Both the position numbers and the translations under genes were made by a program. This document shows positions 10,301 through 19,728 of a stretch of DNA of 64,000 nt, piece by piece. The notes under the pieces were generated by a model, which saw nothing but the letters and a program-made list of their open reading frames with translations, made no database searches and was not told the DNA's origin. Position 1 is the stretch's first letter; every line of letters begins with the position of its first letter. Source of the stretch: Acidobacteriota bacterium (lineage in GTDB: Bacteria > Acidobacteriota > UBA6911); assembly GCA_963664705.1 (NCBI GenBank), contig OY761556.1:4480001-4544000 (forward strand), written 5' to 3'.

Positions 10301-11031
10301 GACCTCACGGTCATGTTGAATACACCGCCACCCGCCTGACCGAATTCGGCGGCAAAGTTACTAGTCTGAATAGCGGTCTCTTCAATGGAGTCCACGCTGG
10401 GCTGCGACATTCCGGCGGCAGACGTGGCTGCAGTCTGAGTCGCATCCTGCCCTTCAATCCGCAGCGCCAGAGTACCTCCCGGCATTCCGTTTACCCGCAT
10501 GGTTCCGAACATGGCTCCCGGAGCCGATCCCTGGAAGGTGCCCGGAGCCAGGTTCATCGATGCATAAGCATCGCGCATGCCACCAGCCACAGACAGCATC
10601 GGCAGATTATCCATCGTATCCGATGTCACGTTGTGGCTCATTTCACCGCTCTCAGTCTTCAGCAATGGAGCATCCGCGCTTACGCTTACGGTTTCCGAAA
10701 TGTTTCCGACCTCGAGCTTGACATCAATGCGCAGAGTCTGCGCAACAAGAACCGTGATACCGGTCCGGACGTACTGTTTGAATCCGCTCGCAGTAACGGT
10801 GACCTGGTAGGCACCGGCCGGCAACTGGGCAATTGTGTAATTGCCCGTGGCCGAGCTTTCCGTTTTATAGACGGCACCGGTCTCGATATTTTTTGCTTCT
10901 ATCGGGGCGCCGGGAATCATCGCGCCAGTCGGATCAGAAATGGTACCCGTGATTGTACCTCGATCGGACTGCGCGAAAGTTGCGGGTATCAGCAAAAGCA
11001 AACACAGAACAGCACAGGCAGTGAAACGCAT
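7360..11031 (-). CDS. TonB-dependent receptor, Oar-like, with N-terminal carboxypeptidase-regulatory-like domain
   Basis: Signal peptide, QSDRGTITGTISD, TSNFAAEFG…SGTNAFHGS, FAQDSWKVTPKLTIDYGLRYD, C-terminal RFNF. Confidence 0.92.
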   Translation of the reverse strand: MRFTACAVLCLLLLIPATFAQSDRGTITGTISDPTGAMIPGAPIEAKNIETGAVYKTESSATGNYTIAQLPAGAYQVTVTASGFKQYVRTGITVLVAQTLRIDVKLEVGNISETVSVSADAPLLKTESGEMSHNVTSDTMDNLPMLSVAGGMRDAYASMNLAPGTFQGSAPGAMFGTMRVNGMPGGTLALRIEGQDATQTAATSAAGMSQPSVDSIEETAIQTSNFAAEFGQAGGGVFNMTVRSGTNAFHGSAFDYFRNEALNAGQPYNQFRPRDRRNDFGFTAGGPVFLPKLYDGRSKTFFFFSFEQNRNNVSSSTWSTVPTLAYRNGNFSNPALYTGKQIGIDAIGRPIMDGAIYNPSTTRSVVGTYGQYAGQTVTIRDPFMGCDGNTPNVICLDPSKAAYFALDPVSTKLQSLIPQPTTSDTLNNLNLRYSNETVNSIYAIKMDHNISSKIKISGYWSLNDQHIPFPDGYAPPITSQRDLFETSHTARLNMDYTISPTMLLHVGGGYMHFLFYDPVPGYGSYDNLKDLGLPGTFAPVYPTMFNLYQNQGGGMGSPSGQGNSIGPVAQQKQFQQKPTGSATLSWVKGNHSYKFGGEVRVESYPSTATTPGNGWFYFNGAQTALPYLTTTSYNQGTLGFPYASFLLGSVNNGEIGKQSIFHIGKHALSFFAQDSWKVTPKLTIDYGLRYDFQTYLKEGYGRIPSFGYDTPNPAYGNIPGAVIFEGSGPGKCNCNYADNYPYAFGPRLGLAWQFMDKTVLRAGIGVSYGQTASLEMWSLRFGSDVRYGPATTYGGAITQLKNGPPVTPVWPNYDPAQAPASPGSIFMTAFDRHAGYPPRQIMWSLGIQREITKDLSLDVSYVGNRGVWWNAGGALTDPNRVTPAILKAHNFDPTLATVSDDLVLLQQFDTLTADQIAKYNLKVPYPGFKGSVSQSLRPYPHFGSIYNLWAPLGNTWYDSLQVKLTKRYSHGLDLQANYSFQKELTIGAETQDTAFQINPAVVNLNDLRGNKVISGMSIPHRLVIAGTYITPTWASAPKLVSSVLKDWRIGAFLIYQSGMPIAAPMASNFPNPAQELSLCAPMSVLGGCNTSPYFSAPASFSSRVPGQPVFSRDINSHYDPATTVILNPNAWTAPAAGQFGTGSAYYNDYRYRRAPTENMSLERVFRFREGMMLSLRMELMNAFNRTRIPTPSNSMLISTFGTTPGYINSAGQRTGQLVARFNF

Positions 11032-11319
11032 AGAGTTCCTCCTATCGGCAGAGAACTAAACTAAGAACTTGGAATTCCCGTTACCTAGTCTTAATGCGTT
11101 ACAGATTTTTTTTCGCCGTGATTTCAGAATCCTCAGGAATCCGCGAGGGGGGATCGGCAAAAGAACCCATTGGGGGAGAGATCTGGTGGGTTCCAAATAA
11201 TATGTATAAATTGTAGTCGAAAAGAAAACGCGCGCAAATAGGAAAAAGACCGCCCCGGAGGGCAGAGACTTCGGGCAATGGGATAGTCTGCATGCTACTT
11301 GTCGAGGGCCAAGCCCTTC

Positions 11320-11385
11320 GGAGTGCGGTGGCTTGCCACCGCCTTCCGCTTTTATTCAAAGGCTGCAGCAGGCCGCCGAACTCCA
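11320..11385. repeat. REP-like palindromic doublet GGAGTGCGG…CCGAACTCC
   Basis: GGAGTGCGGTGGCTTGCCACCGCCTT followed by the imperfect inverted copy AAAGGCTGCAGCAGGCCGCCGAACTCC. Confidence 0.65.
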
Positions 11386-11508
11386 CGGCTCGCAGTGGGA
11401 CCAGACTTCCTAGCAGTGCTGATAAATAGCAGATCCAGGCGTAGCACTATCCGAAATATGTGGTTTCTGATTCGGTCTCTCAGGCGTGCGCCCTACCGGG
11501 CGCACCCC

Positions 11509-11544
11509 AAAAAGCCCCGAAGGATCGGGCAATCCTTCGGGGCT
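11509..11544 (-). terminator. Rho-independent terminator of TBDR 2
   Basis: AGCCCCGAAGGAT…ATCCTTCGGGGCT stem plus U-run; homologous to the 7288 terminator. Confidence 0.8.
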
Positions 11545-11567
11545 CCACTATTGGGATGACCGGCGAA

Positions 11568-14500
11568 CTAGAAGCTGAAGCGCGCAACGAACTGACCTGT
11601 ACGCTGGTTCGTTGTGTCTCTCGCATCGATGCGTCCGAAGCCGAAAATCGTCGTACCGTCCGGCATGGCGGCCTGACCCCAACCCGTGCTGTTGCTGTTA
11701 AAATCGATTCCTGGATTGGGAATTCGAACCCGGTTGAACACATTCATCAATTCAATGCGGATCGACAGGTTCATTCCCTCCCGGATCGGGAAAAGACGCC
11801 CGAGGCTCATGTTTTCGGTCGGGCGGCGCCGATACCGGTAATCGCCGTAGTATGGAGAACCGGTACCGTACTGTCCGTCCGGAGGATTCTGCCATGCGTT
11901 CATATTGAGCAGAAAGTGTTTGAACGGATCAAAGCTCGAATTCGGATCTATCAGGAACAATGGCTGTCCCTGTACGCGGCTCGCGTACGAGGCCGGAGAT
12001 GACCCGTTAAACAAACTTCCGTTGCATCCGCCGAGAACACCCATCCCGGAACAAAGCTTCAGCAAGTTGCCGATATCGTGGCCGGGCGTACTGCTGCCTG
12101 CTCTGGGAGCCATGATGGGCTGGCCGGAGGCGTAGGTAAGCATGGTGCCGAAAGTCCAATCCCGAACCAATGCCGACACCAACTTGTTGGTACTCAACTT
12201 GGGGAATTGATAGCTCGCGGCAATAACAAGGCGATGCGGGATGGAAAGCCCGGAGATCGTCTTGTTGGAGTTAAAGTCATTGATATTGTTGACAGCCGAC
12301 GCGGTCACAAACGCAGTATCGTTGGTCTCCGCACCGATGGTGAGTTCCTTCTGCCAGCTATATGCGGCCGAGAGATCAAGTCCTCTCGAGAACCTCTTCG
12401 TGAGTTTCACCTGAAGCGCGTCATACCAGGTTCTTCCACGCGGAGCCCAGATCTCAAATATGTTCCCCACATGTGGAAACGGCCGAATCGACTGATTCAC
12501 TGCCCCTGAAAATCCGGGGAACGGCACGGAGAGCTTATGGGCAGTCATATCCGCCGCACTGAGACTGCTCAGCGGTTGAAGCAACATATCGCGGTCACTG
12601 GAACTGCTGAGATTAAAATTATGCGCAGCAAGAATCGACGGGGTTACACGGTTGGGATCGGTGATGGCCCCATTCGAATTCCACCAGGCTCCGCGATTCC
12701 CCACATAAGAAACATCAAGACTCAGGTTAGGTGCGATTTCGCGCTGAATCCCGATGCTCCACTGGAATTGCCGGGGCGGACGTCCGGCCTGATCATTGAT
12801 CAAAGGCATGACATCGGACCCTGCAGCTACCGGAGCCTGTCCCGCATCGCGGTTTGGCCAGACCGGTACCACGGGAGTACCACTCACGTTCGGGCCATTT
12901 TTAAGAAGACCGATGGCATTTCCCGCTGTCGGGTTTGGACCATATCGGACAAAGGATCCCATGCGCAGGTTCCACATTTCCAGGGCCCCTGTCTGGCCGT
13001 ATGAGATTCCAACGCCCGCGCGGAGCACTGTCTTGGGCATGAACTGATATGCCAGGCCCAATCGAGGACCCCATGCATGCGGGTATGTGTGGGTAATGTT
13101 CTTTTCGAAAATATCGGCTCCAGGAAGGTTCCCATAGCTCGGATTAGGTGTCGTCGAACTCCAGGTCGGCATGCGGCCGTAAGTCTCCTGCAGCGCCGTC
13201 TGATAATCCCACCGCAATCCGTAGTCTAGAGTCAGCTTTGAGGTAATCTTCCAGCTATCCTGAGCAAAGAAAGCCCAGGCCTGTTTGCCGAGGTGAAATC
13301 TGTTGGACTTCCCGATCTCCCCTTTGTGGAACATGCCAAGCAGGAAACTGGCATAAACATGCCCTGTATTGCCCGATGTCCCAAGATATGGGTCCGAAGT
13401 TTCAGACGGGTCAAAAATAAAATTACCGTTGGCAGGCGTAAACACATTTGAAGGATGAGAATCAAAACGTGCCTCGGCCCCAAATTTGTAGGAGTGATTT
13501 CCTTTAACCCAGGTAAAACTCGCGGTCGCCGTGGGCTTGATTTGCCAGGTATTGCCATAGGCCACCGGGCCTGTGGTGCGCAATCCTCCCATGGTTGTAT
13601 CCATGGTCATGTTGGGAGCGATCGTCGCAAAAGTCCCAGGCAAACCAAGTTCTTTGTTGCTGTCGAAATTAACGTTGGTCTGGGGATCCTTAAAGATGAA
13701 ATGCATCATTCCCCCTGCAACATGCAGCAACATCGTAGGCGAAATCGTATAGTCTGCGTTCAGCCGTACGGTGTGGGATTTCTCGGTAAGCACCCTGCCC
13801 GACGAAAGCGGCACAGGAAGGCCGTCGACATAGTCGGCGTGCTGGATGTTCGCCGAATAGTAGCCGGAGATCTTGAACTTGGAGCTTAAATTGTGATCTA
13901 TCTTGAAAGCGGTGATAGTCTGGAGGGTGTTGCTTGGCCAAGCCACCGTCAGGTTATTGGTCAGGTTGCTGTTGGTGAGTGTCGGATAGAGCTTCTGATA
14001 CTTCAAAGCCACCGGGTCCAAGGCAGCAGAAGTCATGCAGATCTGGTTCAGATGCTTTCCATCGCACCCCATGAACGGATCTCTGAACGTCTTGCCATTC
14101 AGAGTCTTGGTTGTTGAAGGATCAAAAATCTCACCTGCGAAAACATCGCGCCCGAGCGGGTCTACTCCGATTTTGCTTCCCAAAAGCGCGCTGAAATCGC
14201 CGTTTTGAAAAGCCTGGGTGGGAAATGTATAGCTGGCGCTGCTGCTGGTTGTCAGCCGATTCTGTTCGAAGGAATAAAAGAAGAAGGTTTTGTCGCGGCC
14301 ATCATATATTTTGGGAATATAGACTGGCCCTCCCATGTTAAATCCGAAATCGTGCTGGCGATCGCGTGGTTTTTCGTAGGTTGGGGCCTTTTTATACGGC
14401 GGGTTTGCGTTGAATACTTCATTCCTGAAGTATTCAAAGGCGCTCCCGTGCAATCTGTTGGTCCCCGACTTCATGGTCATGTTCAGGATGCCGCCACCCG

Positions 14501-15182
14501 CTTGCCCGAATTCGGCCGCAAAATTGCTGGTTTGAATCGCCGTTTCCTCAACCGCATCCACACTGGGCGTGGACATCGTATAAGCCAAAGTCCAAATTTG
14601 TTGAGTGGCATCCTGGCCCTCGATACGGAGCGCCATCGTGAAGCCCGGCATTCCATTAACACGCATGATGCCATTGCCGGATGAGCCATCCGTGCCGGGC
14701 ATCAGGTTCACTGCCGCAAACGGGTCCCGCATTCCGGTCGCCGACAGCATTGGCAAGGTATCCAACCGGTCTGATGTCACGTTATGGCTCAGTTCGCCGC
14801 TCTCCGTCTGCAGCAGGGGAGCATCCGCGCTGACCGTAACTGTCTCGGTGATATTTCCTACCTCCAGCGGTATGTTGATGCGTATCGTCTGCGCGACCTG
14901 CACGGTAATGCCGGTACGCACATATTGCTTGAACCCTTGCACTGTGGCAATCAACTGATAGGATCCAGCCGGCAATTGGGCCAATACATAGTTTCCTGTC
15001 GTCGAACTCGCGGCTTTATAAACAGCCCCCGTCTGGGTGTTCTTAGCCTCGATCTGAGCATTGGGAACCATGGCACCGCCGGCATCGGAAACCGTACCCG
15101 TAATTGTCCCCCTGTCGCTCTGGGCGAATGCCGCGGAAAGCAGCAAAAGCAAACATAAAACAGCACAAGCAGTGAAACGCAT
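11568..15182 (-). CDS. TonB-dependent receptor, Oar-like; tandem paralog of 7360-11031
   Basis: Same architecture; near-identical N-terminus MRFTACAVLCLLLL; C-terminal RFSF. Confidence 0.92.
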   Translation of the reverse strand: MRFTACAVLCLLLLLSAAFAQSDRGTITGTVSDAGGAMVPNAQIEAKNTQTGAVYKAASSTTGNYVLAQLPAGSYQLIATVQGFKQYVRTGITVQVAQTIRINIPLEVGNITETVTVSADAPLLQTESGELSHNVTSDRLDTLPMLSATGMRDPFAAVNLMPGTDGSSGNGIMRVNGMPGFTMALRIEGQDATQQIWTLAYTMSTPSVDAVEETAIQTSNFAAEFGQAGGGILNMTMKSGTNRLHGSAFEYFRNEVFNANPPYKKAPTYEKPRDRQHDFGFNMGGPVYIPKIYDGRDKTFFFYSFEQNRLTTSSSASYTFPTQAFQNGDFSALLGSKIGVDPLGRDVFAGEIFDPSTTKTLNGKTFRDPFMGCDGKHLNQICMTSAALDPVALKYQKLYPTLTNSNLTNNLTVAWPSNTLQTITAFKIDHNLSSKFKISGYYSANIQHADYVDGLPVPLSSGRVLTEKSHTVRLNADYTISPTMLLHVAGGMMHFIFKDPQTNVNFDSNKELGLPGTFATIAPNMTMDTTMGGLRTTGPVAYGNTWQIKPTATASFTWVKGNHSYKFGAEARFDSHPSNVFTPANGNFIFDPSETSDPYLGTSGNTGHVYASFLLGMFHKGEIGKSNRFHLGKQAWAFFAQDSWKITSKLTLDYGLRWDYQTALQETYGRMPTWSSTTPNPSYGNLPGADIFEKNITHTYPHAWGPRLGLAYQFMPKTVLRAGVGISYGQTGALEMWNLRMGSFVRYGPNPTAGNAIGLLKNGPNVSGTPVVPVWPNRDAGQAPVAAGSDVMPLINDQAGRPPRQFQWSIGIQREIAPNLSLDVSYVGNRGAWWNSNGAITDPNRVTPSILAAHNFNLSSSSDRDMLLQPLSSLSAADMTAHKLSVPFPGFSGAVNQSIRPFPHVGNIFEIWAPRGRTWYDALQVKLTKRFSRGLDLSAAYSWQKELTIGAETNDTAFVTASAVNNINDFNSNKTISGLSIPHRLVIAASYQFPKLSTNKLVSALVRDWTFGTMLTYASGQPIMAPRAGSSTPGHDIGNLLKLCSGMGVLGGCNGSLFNGSSPASYASRVQGQPLFLIDPNSSFDPFKHFLLNMNAWQNPPDGQYGTGSPYYGDYRYRRRPTENMSLGRLFPIREGMNLSIRIELMNVFNRVRIPNPGIDFNSNSTGWGQAAMPDGTTIFGFGRIDARDTTNQRTGQFVARFSF

Positions 15183-15501
15183 AGAAATCCTCCCGTCCAG
15201 AAAGAGTTGCCTGAGAACCTGGAAATTCCCGCTATCGCTTATTTCTGCTTATCGAATTTGGCTGTAACTGTTTTTAAGGCTGAGATCGTAAGAATCCGCA
15301 AAGGTGTGGTGCCGCAAAAAACCAGCCGAGGGTTTGGTTTTCGCAGATTCCTTGATTCTCGGATTGTATTTCAAAGGGAAAAGTTGGTCCAAGAGAAAAC
15401 GAGTTCACTAAAGAAATTTAATCTGGCAAGAGTGGAGACGATGCACCGAATGGCTAAAAACGCCGCCATATGGAATAAATGCGGGATATGGCAAAAGCAA
15501 T

Positions 15502-15539
15502 AAACAAAAGCCCCAAGAAAACACATGTTTTCCTGGGGC
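15502..15539 (-). terminator. Rho-independent terminator
   Basis: GCCCCAAGAAAAC…GTTTTCCTGGGGC stem with U-run on the minus strand, after the AKR stop. Confidence 0.7.
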
Positions 15540-15568
15540 CGATTTGCCTGAAGCGAATAGGTTATTGC

Positions 15569-16711
15569 TTATGCCAGGATCGACTGCGCCCGAATCAGTC
15601 TATCCTGAACATGGACGCCGTTCGGACACTTGATGGCACATTCGGAACAATCGCTGCAGCGAACATCTCGAATTTCCTTGGCCAGACCTCTGAAATTCGC
15701 AACGGCCTGGTGGTAATTGCCTGCGAAATCATTGTAGGCCAGGAAACGAAGGACATCCGTGACAGGCATGCCTTGCGGGCACTTGCCGGTGCATTCATAG
15801 CACATGCGGCAATACGAAGGACGGATCTGCTCATTCATTACATAAAGCAGCTTTTCGTCGGTCGCAGTGTATGGTTCCGACATGGCGCGGAAGTTCATCT
15901 CGAGTTCCGGAATCGTCTGCATAAACGGGACCGTGGTTCCAATCGCGGGATTGTTCAGAACCCATTTTATGCCCGCAAGCGGTCCTTCTCCCTTTTTGGC
16001 AGGAGGATTGTCAAAGCCCTTCAAATTCAGGCCGGTGAGTGCGACCACGACTTTCATTGCGATCACGCCGATGCCCGCTTCCTGCAGTTTCTTCGTTGCC
16101 GCCTCCCGGTACCGCCCGCCGATGGGGAAGCTGTAGGTTGTCTGCATGACATCGAAGATTTTGCTCTTGATCGAGAAATCGGCCATCTTGTTCGGATCGT
16201 GGCAGCTGAAGCCGATGAAGCGAGCCTTCCCGGATTTCTTGGCCTGCGCCATGACTTCAAGCGCCTCATCCGGAGCCGGCGTATCCAGGGCATGCATATG
16301 CCAGATGTCGACGTAATCCGTCCCGAGCATTTTCAAGCTGGTTTCCAGGTGCTCCATCATTTCTGCTTTTTTTCTGCTGCCGGTCTTAGTGGCAATGTGG
16401 ATTTTGTCTCTCTTGCCTTTGATAACCTTTGAAAAGATCTCTTCGCTGTCGCCATAATCGCGCGACGTATCAAAATAATTAATGCCCATGTCAATGGCGC
16501 GCGCGACAACTTCCGGAACCGGCTTGAATCCAATGCCGTATCCGACACCCGAGACCTTCAGACCCGTTTTGCCCAGGGTTCTATAGACCACCTTGGGACT
16601 GGTGGGCGCCGCTTGAAATGTCGATTCCAGCGCGTTGGGTGTTACGAGTCCGGCTGCGGGCAGAGCCAGACCTGCCTGCAAAAATTGTCTTCTTGACGGG
16701 TTGGAGCTCAC
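15569..16711 (-). CDS. Aldo/keto reductase with Tat signal and C-terminal 4Fe-4S dicluster
   Basis: SRRQFLQ Tat motif, YRTLGKTG, GINYFDTSRDY, CRMCYECTGKCP and CSDCSECAIKCP; GTG start with AGGAGG RBS. Confidence 0.9.
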   Translation of the reverse strand: MSSNPSRRQFLQAGLALPAAGLVTPNALESTFQAAPTSPKVVYRTLGKTGLKVSGVGYGIGFKPVPEVVARAIDMGINYFDTSRDYGDSEEIFSKVIKGKRDKIHIATKTGSRKKAEMMEHLETSLKMLGTDYVDIWHMHALDTPAPDEALEVMAQAKKSGKARFIGFSCHDPNKMADFSIKSKIFDVMQTTYSFPIGGRYREAATKKLQEAGIGVIAMKVVVALTGLNLKGFDNPPAKKGEGPLAGIKWVLNNPAIGTTVPFMQTIPELEMNFRAMSEPYTATDEKLLYVMNEQIRPSYCRMCYECTGKCPQGMPVTDVLRFLAYNDFAGNYHQAVANFRGLAKEIRDVRCSDCSECAIKCPNGVHVQDRLIRAQSILA

Positions 16712-16931
16712 AAAACCTCCTTTGTCTTTTGAGATAATAGACTGTTCGATTGCTCCTGGGTGATTTCCCGGGTAGCCGCGCTACCACCTTACTACCAATT
16801 CAGGTAATCGGGATATAAAAATTTCGTGGAAGCGCCGGGTGAAATTCGTGTAACCGTGGCGGAAAAGAGCGGTCAATCCGTCACCAATTTCATGAATGGC
16901 GCGAAAGCTACCCAGGCAAACCTCCGGAAAT

Positions 16932-16970
16932 AAAAAACGGAGAACACCGTTCTCCCGATGCTCTCCGTTT
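16932..16970 (-). terminator. Rho-independent terminator
   Basis: AAACGGAGAACACCG…CGATGCTCTCCGTTT hairpin plus U-run, after the CoA transferase. Confidence 0.7.
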
Positions 16971-16993
16971 CGCACTTACTTTATTTCCGTGAC

Positions 16994-18610
16994 TTACAGT
17001 GTTGAAACCAGCTTGTCGGCAATCTCTTCGCCGGTCTCAAACACCGGGGCAGAAGGCTGAATCAATATCTCCGGCAGCCGTCCCCATTTCGGCATAAACA
17101 TCTCCGGATCCATGATCTTCAAATCCGGGGATATTTCCGGCTGGAAATCCATCATTCCCAGGATGTCTTTCTCGATACTGACGCCGGGAGCGATTTCAGT
17201 CAGGATCAGCTTCTGGTTTTCGAGTTTGAACACGCACCGCTCTGTCACAAACAGGATGGGCGCTTTCCTCTTGGCAGCAAAAGCACCGCTGAAGGTGATT
17301 TGATCCACCTTCTCCACGAACTTCTTCCCAGTTCCTTCTTTCGTGATGCGAAGCTTTCCGTTCTCGATTACCTCTTCCGACCCGATGGAAAACATTCCGC
17401 AAAACACGACTTTCTTGGAATTCTGGGTAATATTGATGAAGCCGCCCGGACCGGCCACGCGGTTTCCGAACCGGCTCACATTCACATCGCCGTTCTTATC
17501 CGTTTGAGCCAACCCGACAAAGGTCACATCCAGCCCGCCGCCATCGTAATAATCAAACATGGAGGCATGTTCGATCATGGCTTCGGCATTCACCGCTCCA
17601 CCAAAATCCAGACCGATCGCGGGGACTCCGCCAAAAACGCCCAGCTCGGTTGTCGTCGTCACTTTGCCGGTCATCCCCTCCTCAGCGATGACGCTGGGGA
17701 TAACCGCTGGGATTCCAACACCCAGATTAATGACATTCCCGCCGGCCAATTCGGCCGATGCCCGTCGACCGATAATCTTCCGCGCATCCAGTGGAAGCGC
17801 CGGGATCCCTTCCATCGGGACCTTGATGTGGCCCGCAAGAACGGGGCTGAAATAGGTAGCCTGGGTTTGATGGTGGTTTTCCGGCTTTGCGACCACGACA
17901 TAGTCAATCAAGGTACCAGGCACCTTGACATTTTTCGGATGCAAAGATCCGCCCATGGCCAGGTTATGGACTTGAGCAATGACAATACCGCCGCTGTTTT
18001 TGACGGCCATGGCAAGCGGCAGCGCTTCCATGATGACCGACTCGTTGTCCATCGTCAGGTTTCCGTTTTCATCTGCAACGGTTCCGCGGATCAATGCGAC
18101 GTTGATCGGGAACGGCTTGTACAGAAGGAGTTCCTGTCCTTCCAGCTCAATCACCTTGACCAGGTCTTCTTTGGTGATAGAGGTTATCTTGGCCCCTCCC
18201 ATGCGCGGATCAACAAATGTTCCCAGCCCCACATTGGTAATGACGCCGACTTTTTTCCCGGCAATGGCGCGCCATAGCTGGCAAATAACGCCTTGCGGCA
18301 AAAGATAGCATTCGATCTTGTTCTGTTCGATCAGACTGATCATATTGGGCGAAGTAAATGTGTGCCCGCAAATCAGCCTTTTGGTCAATCCTTCGTGGCC
18401 AAGATGCGTGGTTCCTCGCTTCTTGTAATCTCCGCAGGTGCAGCTGTGGATCAGCGTGATGTTCTTGGGGTGCCCTGACTGCAAGAACCTTTCTTCAATA
18501 GCAATGGCTATTTCTTCAGCCCATCCGGACAGCCCCTGTGTGCTGGCGCCTACCGTAACGCCATCCTCGATTAGTTTGGCAGCTTCCTGGGCTGTGATAA
18601 CTTTTGACAT
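16994..18610 (-). CDS. Family I acyl-CoA:acetate/propionate CoA-transferase (YdiF/Pct-like)
   Basis: VGLGTFVDPR, INLGVGIP, catalytic ExG (TELG), GDVNVSRF, GPGGFINITQ, VTERCVF. Confidence 0.92.
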   Translation of the reverse strand: MSKVITAQEAAKLIEDGVTVGASTQGLSGWAEEIAIAIEERFLQSGHPKNITLIHSCTCGDYKKRGTTHLGHEGLTKRLICGHTFTSPNMISLIEQNKIECYLLPQGVICQLWRAIAGKKVGVITNVGLGTFVDPRMGGAKITSITKEDLVKVIELEGQELLLYKPFPINVALIRGTVADENGNLTMDNESVIMEALPLAMAVKNSGGIVIAQVHNLAMGGSLHPKNVKVPGTLIDYVVVAKPENHHQTQATYFSPVLAGHIKVPMEGIPALPLDARKIIGRRASAELAGGNVINLGVGIPAVIPSVIAEEGMTGKVTTTTELGVFGGVPAIGLDFGGAVNAEAMIEHASMFDYYDGGGLDVTFVGLAQTDKNGDVNVSRFGNRVAGPGGFINITQNSKKVVFCGMFSIGSEEVIENGKLRITKEGTGKKFVEKVDQITFSGAFAAKRKAPILFVTERCVFKLENQKLILTEIAPGVSIEKDILGMMDFQPEISPDLKIMDPEMFMPKWGRLPEILIQPSAPVFETGEEIADKLVSTL

Positions 18611-18928
18611 GCCTTACTTCTCCTTATCCCGCGTGCCGGCGTTCAATAAAGCCGCACCAGGACATTCAGCAATTGGCCGCTCATTTTGGTTATTTGCATC
18701 CGGTAAAAGCAAAGCGGAAAACCAAAAACATGCAAAGCAGCGAACCAAAGCATCGATTTGCAGCAGATACAATACCCGAGTTTGAAAACAATTCCCTAAA
18801 ATGAGCCCCTAGCATATCGCTTTATCCTCGGTGTCTCAATGTTTTTTGGCAGCCCGGAGGGGATATTCAATCAGGCGTGTAAGAATGAGGAATTGGGGGA
18901 GATGCAGGACAATTGCCCGGGTCAAAGA

Positions 18929-18963
18929 TATTCGGACACACTCTTGCCTGGTGTGTCCGAATA
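18929..18963 (-). terminator. Perfect 13-bp hairpin, probable terminator of the RRM gene
   Basis: TATTCGGACACAC-N9-GTGTGTCCGAATA. Confidence 0.55.
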
Positions 18964-19056
18964 CCTTCAGGCAAAGCTACGCCTTAAGCCGGAAAAGGCT
19001 TTCTTTTTTAGCGTAAACAGCGGAATAAAGCGCTGGCAGTTTTCGCGCGCGGGACT

Positions 19057-19728
19057 CTAGACTACGTCTTCTTCGTCCGAATCCTTAAAATCAGCCATAT
19101 AATCTAGATCCGTCTCTTCGTTGTGGTCATCATCATACTCACCGAAGATCTGGCCTCCGTTGCGCTCCCGAATGGGCCCTTTTCTGAATCCCATTTCGGT
19201 TTTGGGTCCGTAATTGGCTTTTCGCTTCCGAGCCGGCTTGGCATCCGGGCCAAAATTACGGCTGCGCCGTTCCGCACGTGACGAACGCTCATTTTCCATC
19301 GGATTTGAAGAAAAATCCGATGGTCCGCCCAGCGAAGGCCGGGGCGTAAATCCCGGTCGAGGCGTGAATCCCGGTCGAGGCGTAAATCCCGGCCGAGGTG
19401 TGAATCCCGGTCGAGGTGCCCCGGTGTTCGCTCCCGCAGGCCGCGCATACCCCGGTCTTGGTCCGGAATCGGGACGATTCTCCCGTGCACGGGCTTCATT
19501 GATAGTAATGTTGCGCCCTTTGAACGGCTGGTTGTTTAGCTTACGGCTCGCTTCCTCGGCTTGCGCCGGGTCGCTGAACTCGACAAATGCAAACCCTCGC
19601 CGTTTACCGGTTTCGCGATCCACCGGAATAATGACGGTCGAGAGTGGTCCGACGGATGAAAAGAACTCCCTCAGATCCGGCTCAGTCACATCGTAGGGAA
19701 GATTCCCCACAAACAAACGTACAGGCAT
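19057..19728 (-). CDS. RRM RNA-binding protein with long R/G/P-rich disordered tail and acidic C-terminus
   Basis: RNP2 LFVGNL, RNP1 RGFAFVEF, VNEAR-like INEAR; GGGAG RBS. Confidence 0.92.
   Translation of the reverse strand: MPVRLFVGNLPYDVTEPDLREFFSSVGPLSTVIIPVDRETGKRRGFAFVEFSDPAQAEEASRKLNNQPFKGRNITINEARARENRPDSGPRPGYARPAGANTGAPRPGFTPRPGFTPRPGFTPRPGFTPRPSLGGPSDFSSNPMENERSSRAERRSRNFGPDAKPARKRKANYGPKTEMGFRKGPIRERNGGQIFGEYDDDHNEETDLDYMADFKDSDEEDVV
19343..19414. repeat. Four 18-bp coding tandem repeats (RPGFTP)4
   Basis: ggYgtRaatcccggYcga x4. Confidence 0.9.

Noticed and set aside
18762-18778. Possible sigma54 promoter GGGTATTGTATCTGCT upstream of the CoA transferase
   Set aside because: Spacing is correct but the match to TGGCAC/TTGC is weak and no activator gene is nearby
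19343-19414. 18-bp repeats as CRISPR or iterons
   Set aside because: In-frame coding repeats with synonymous variation inside the RRM gene
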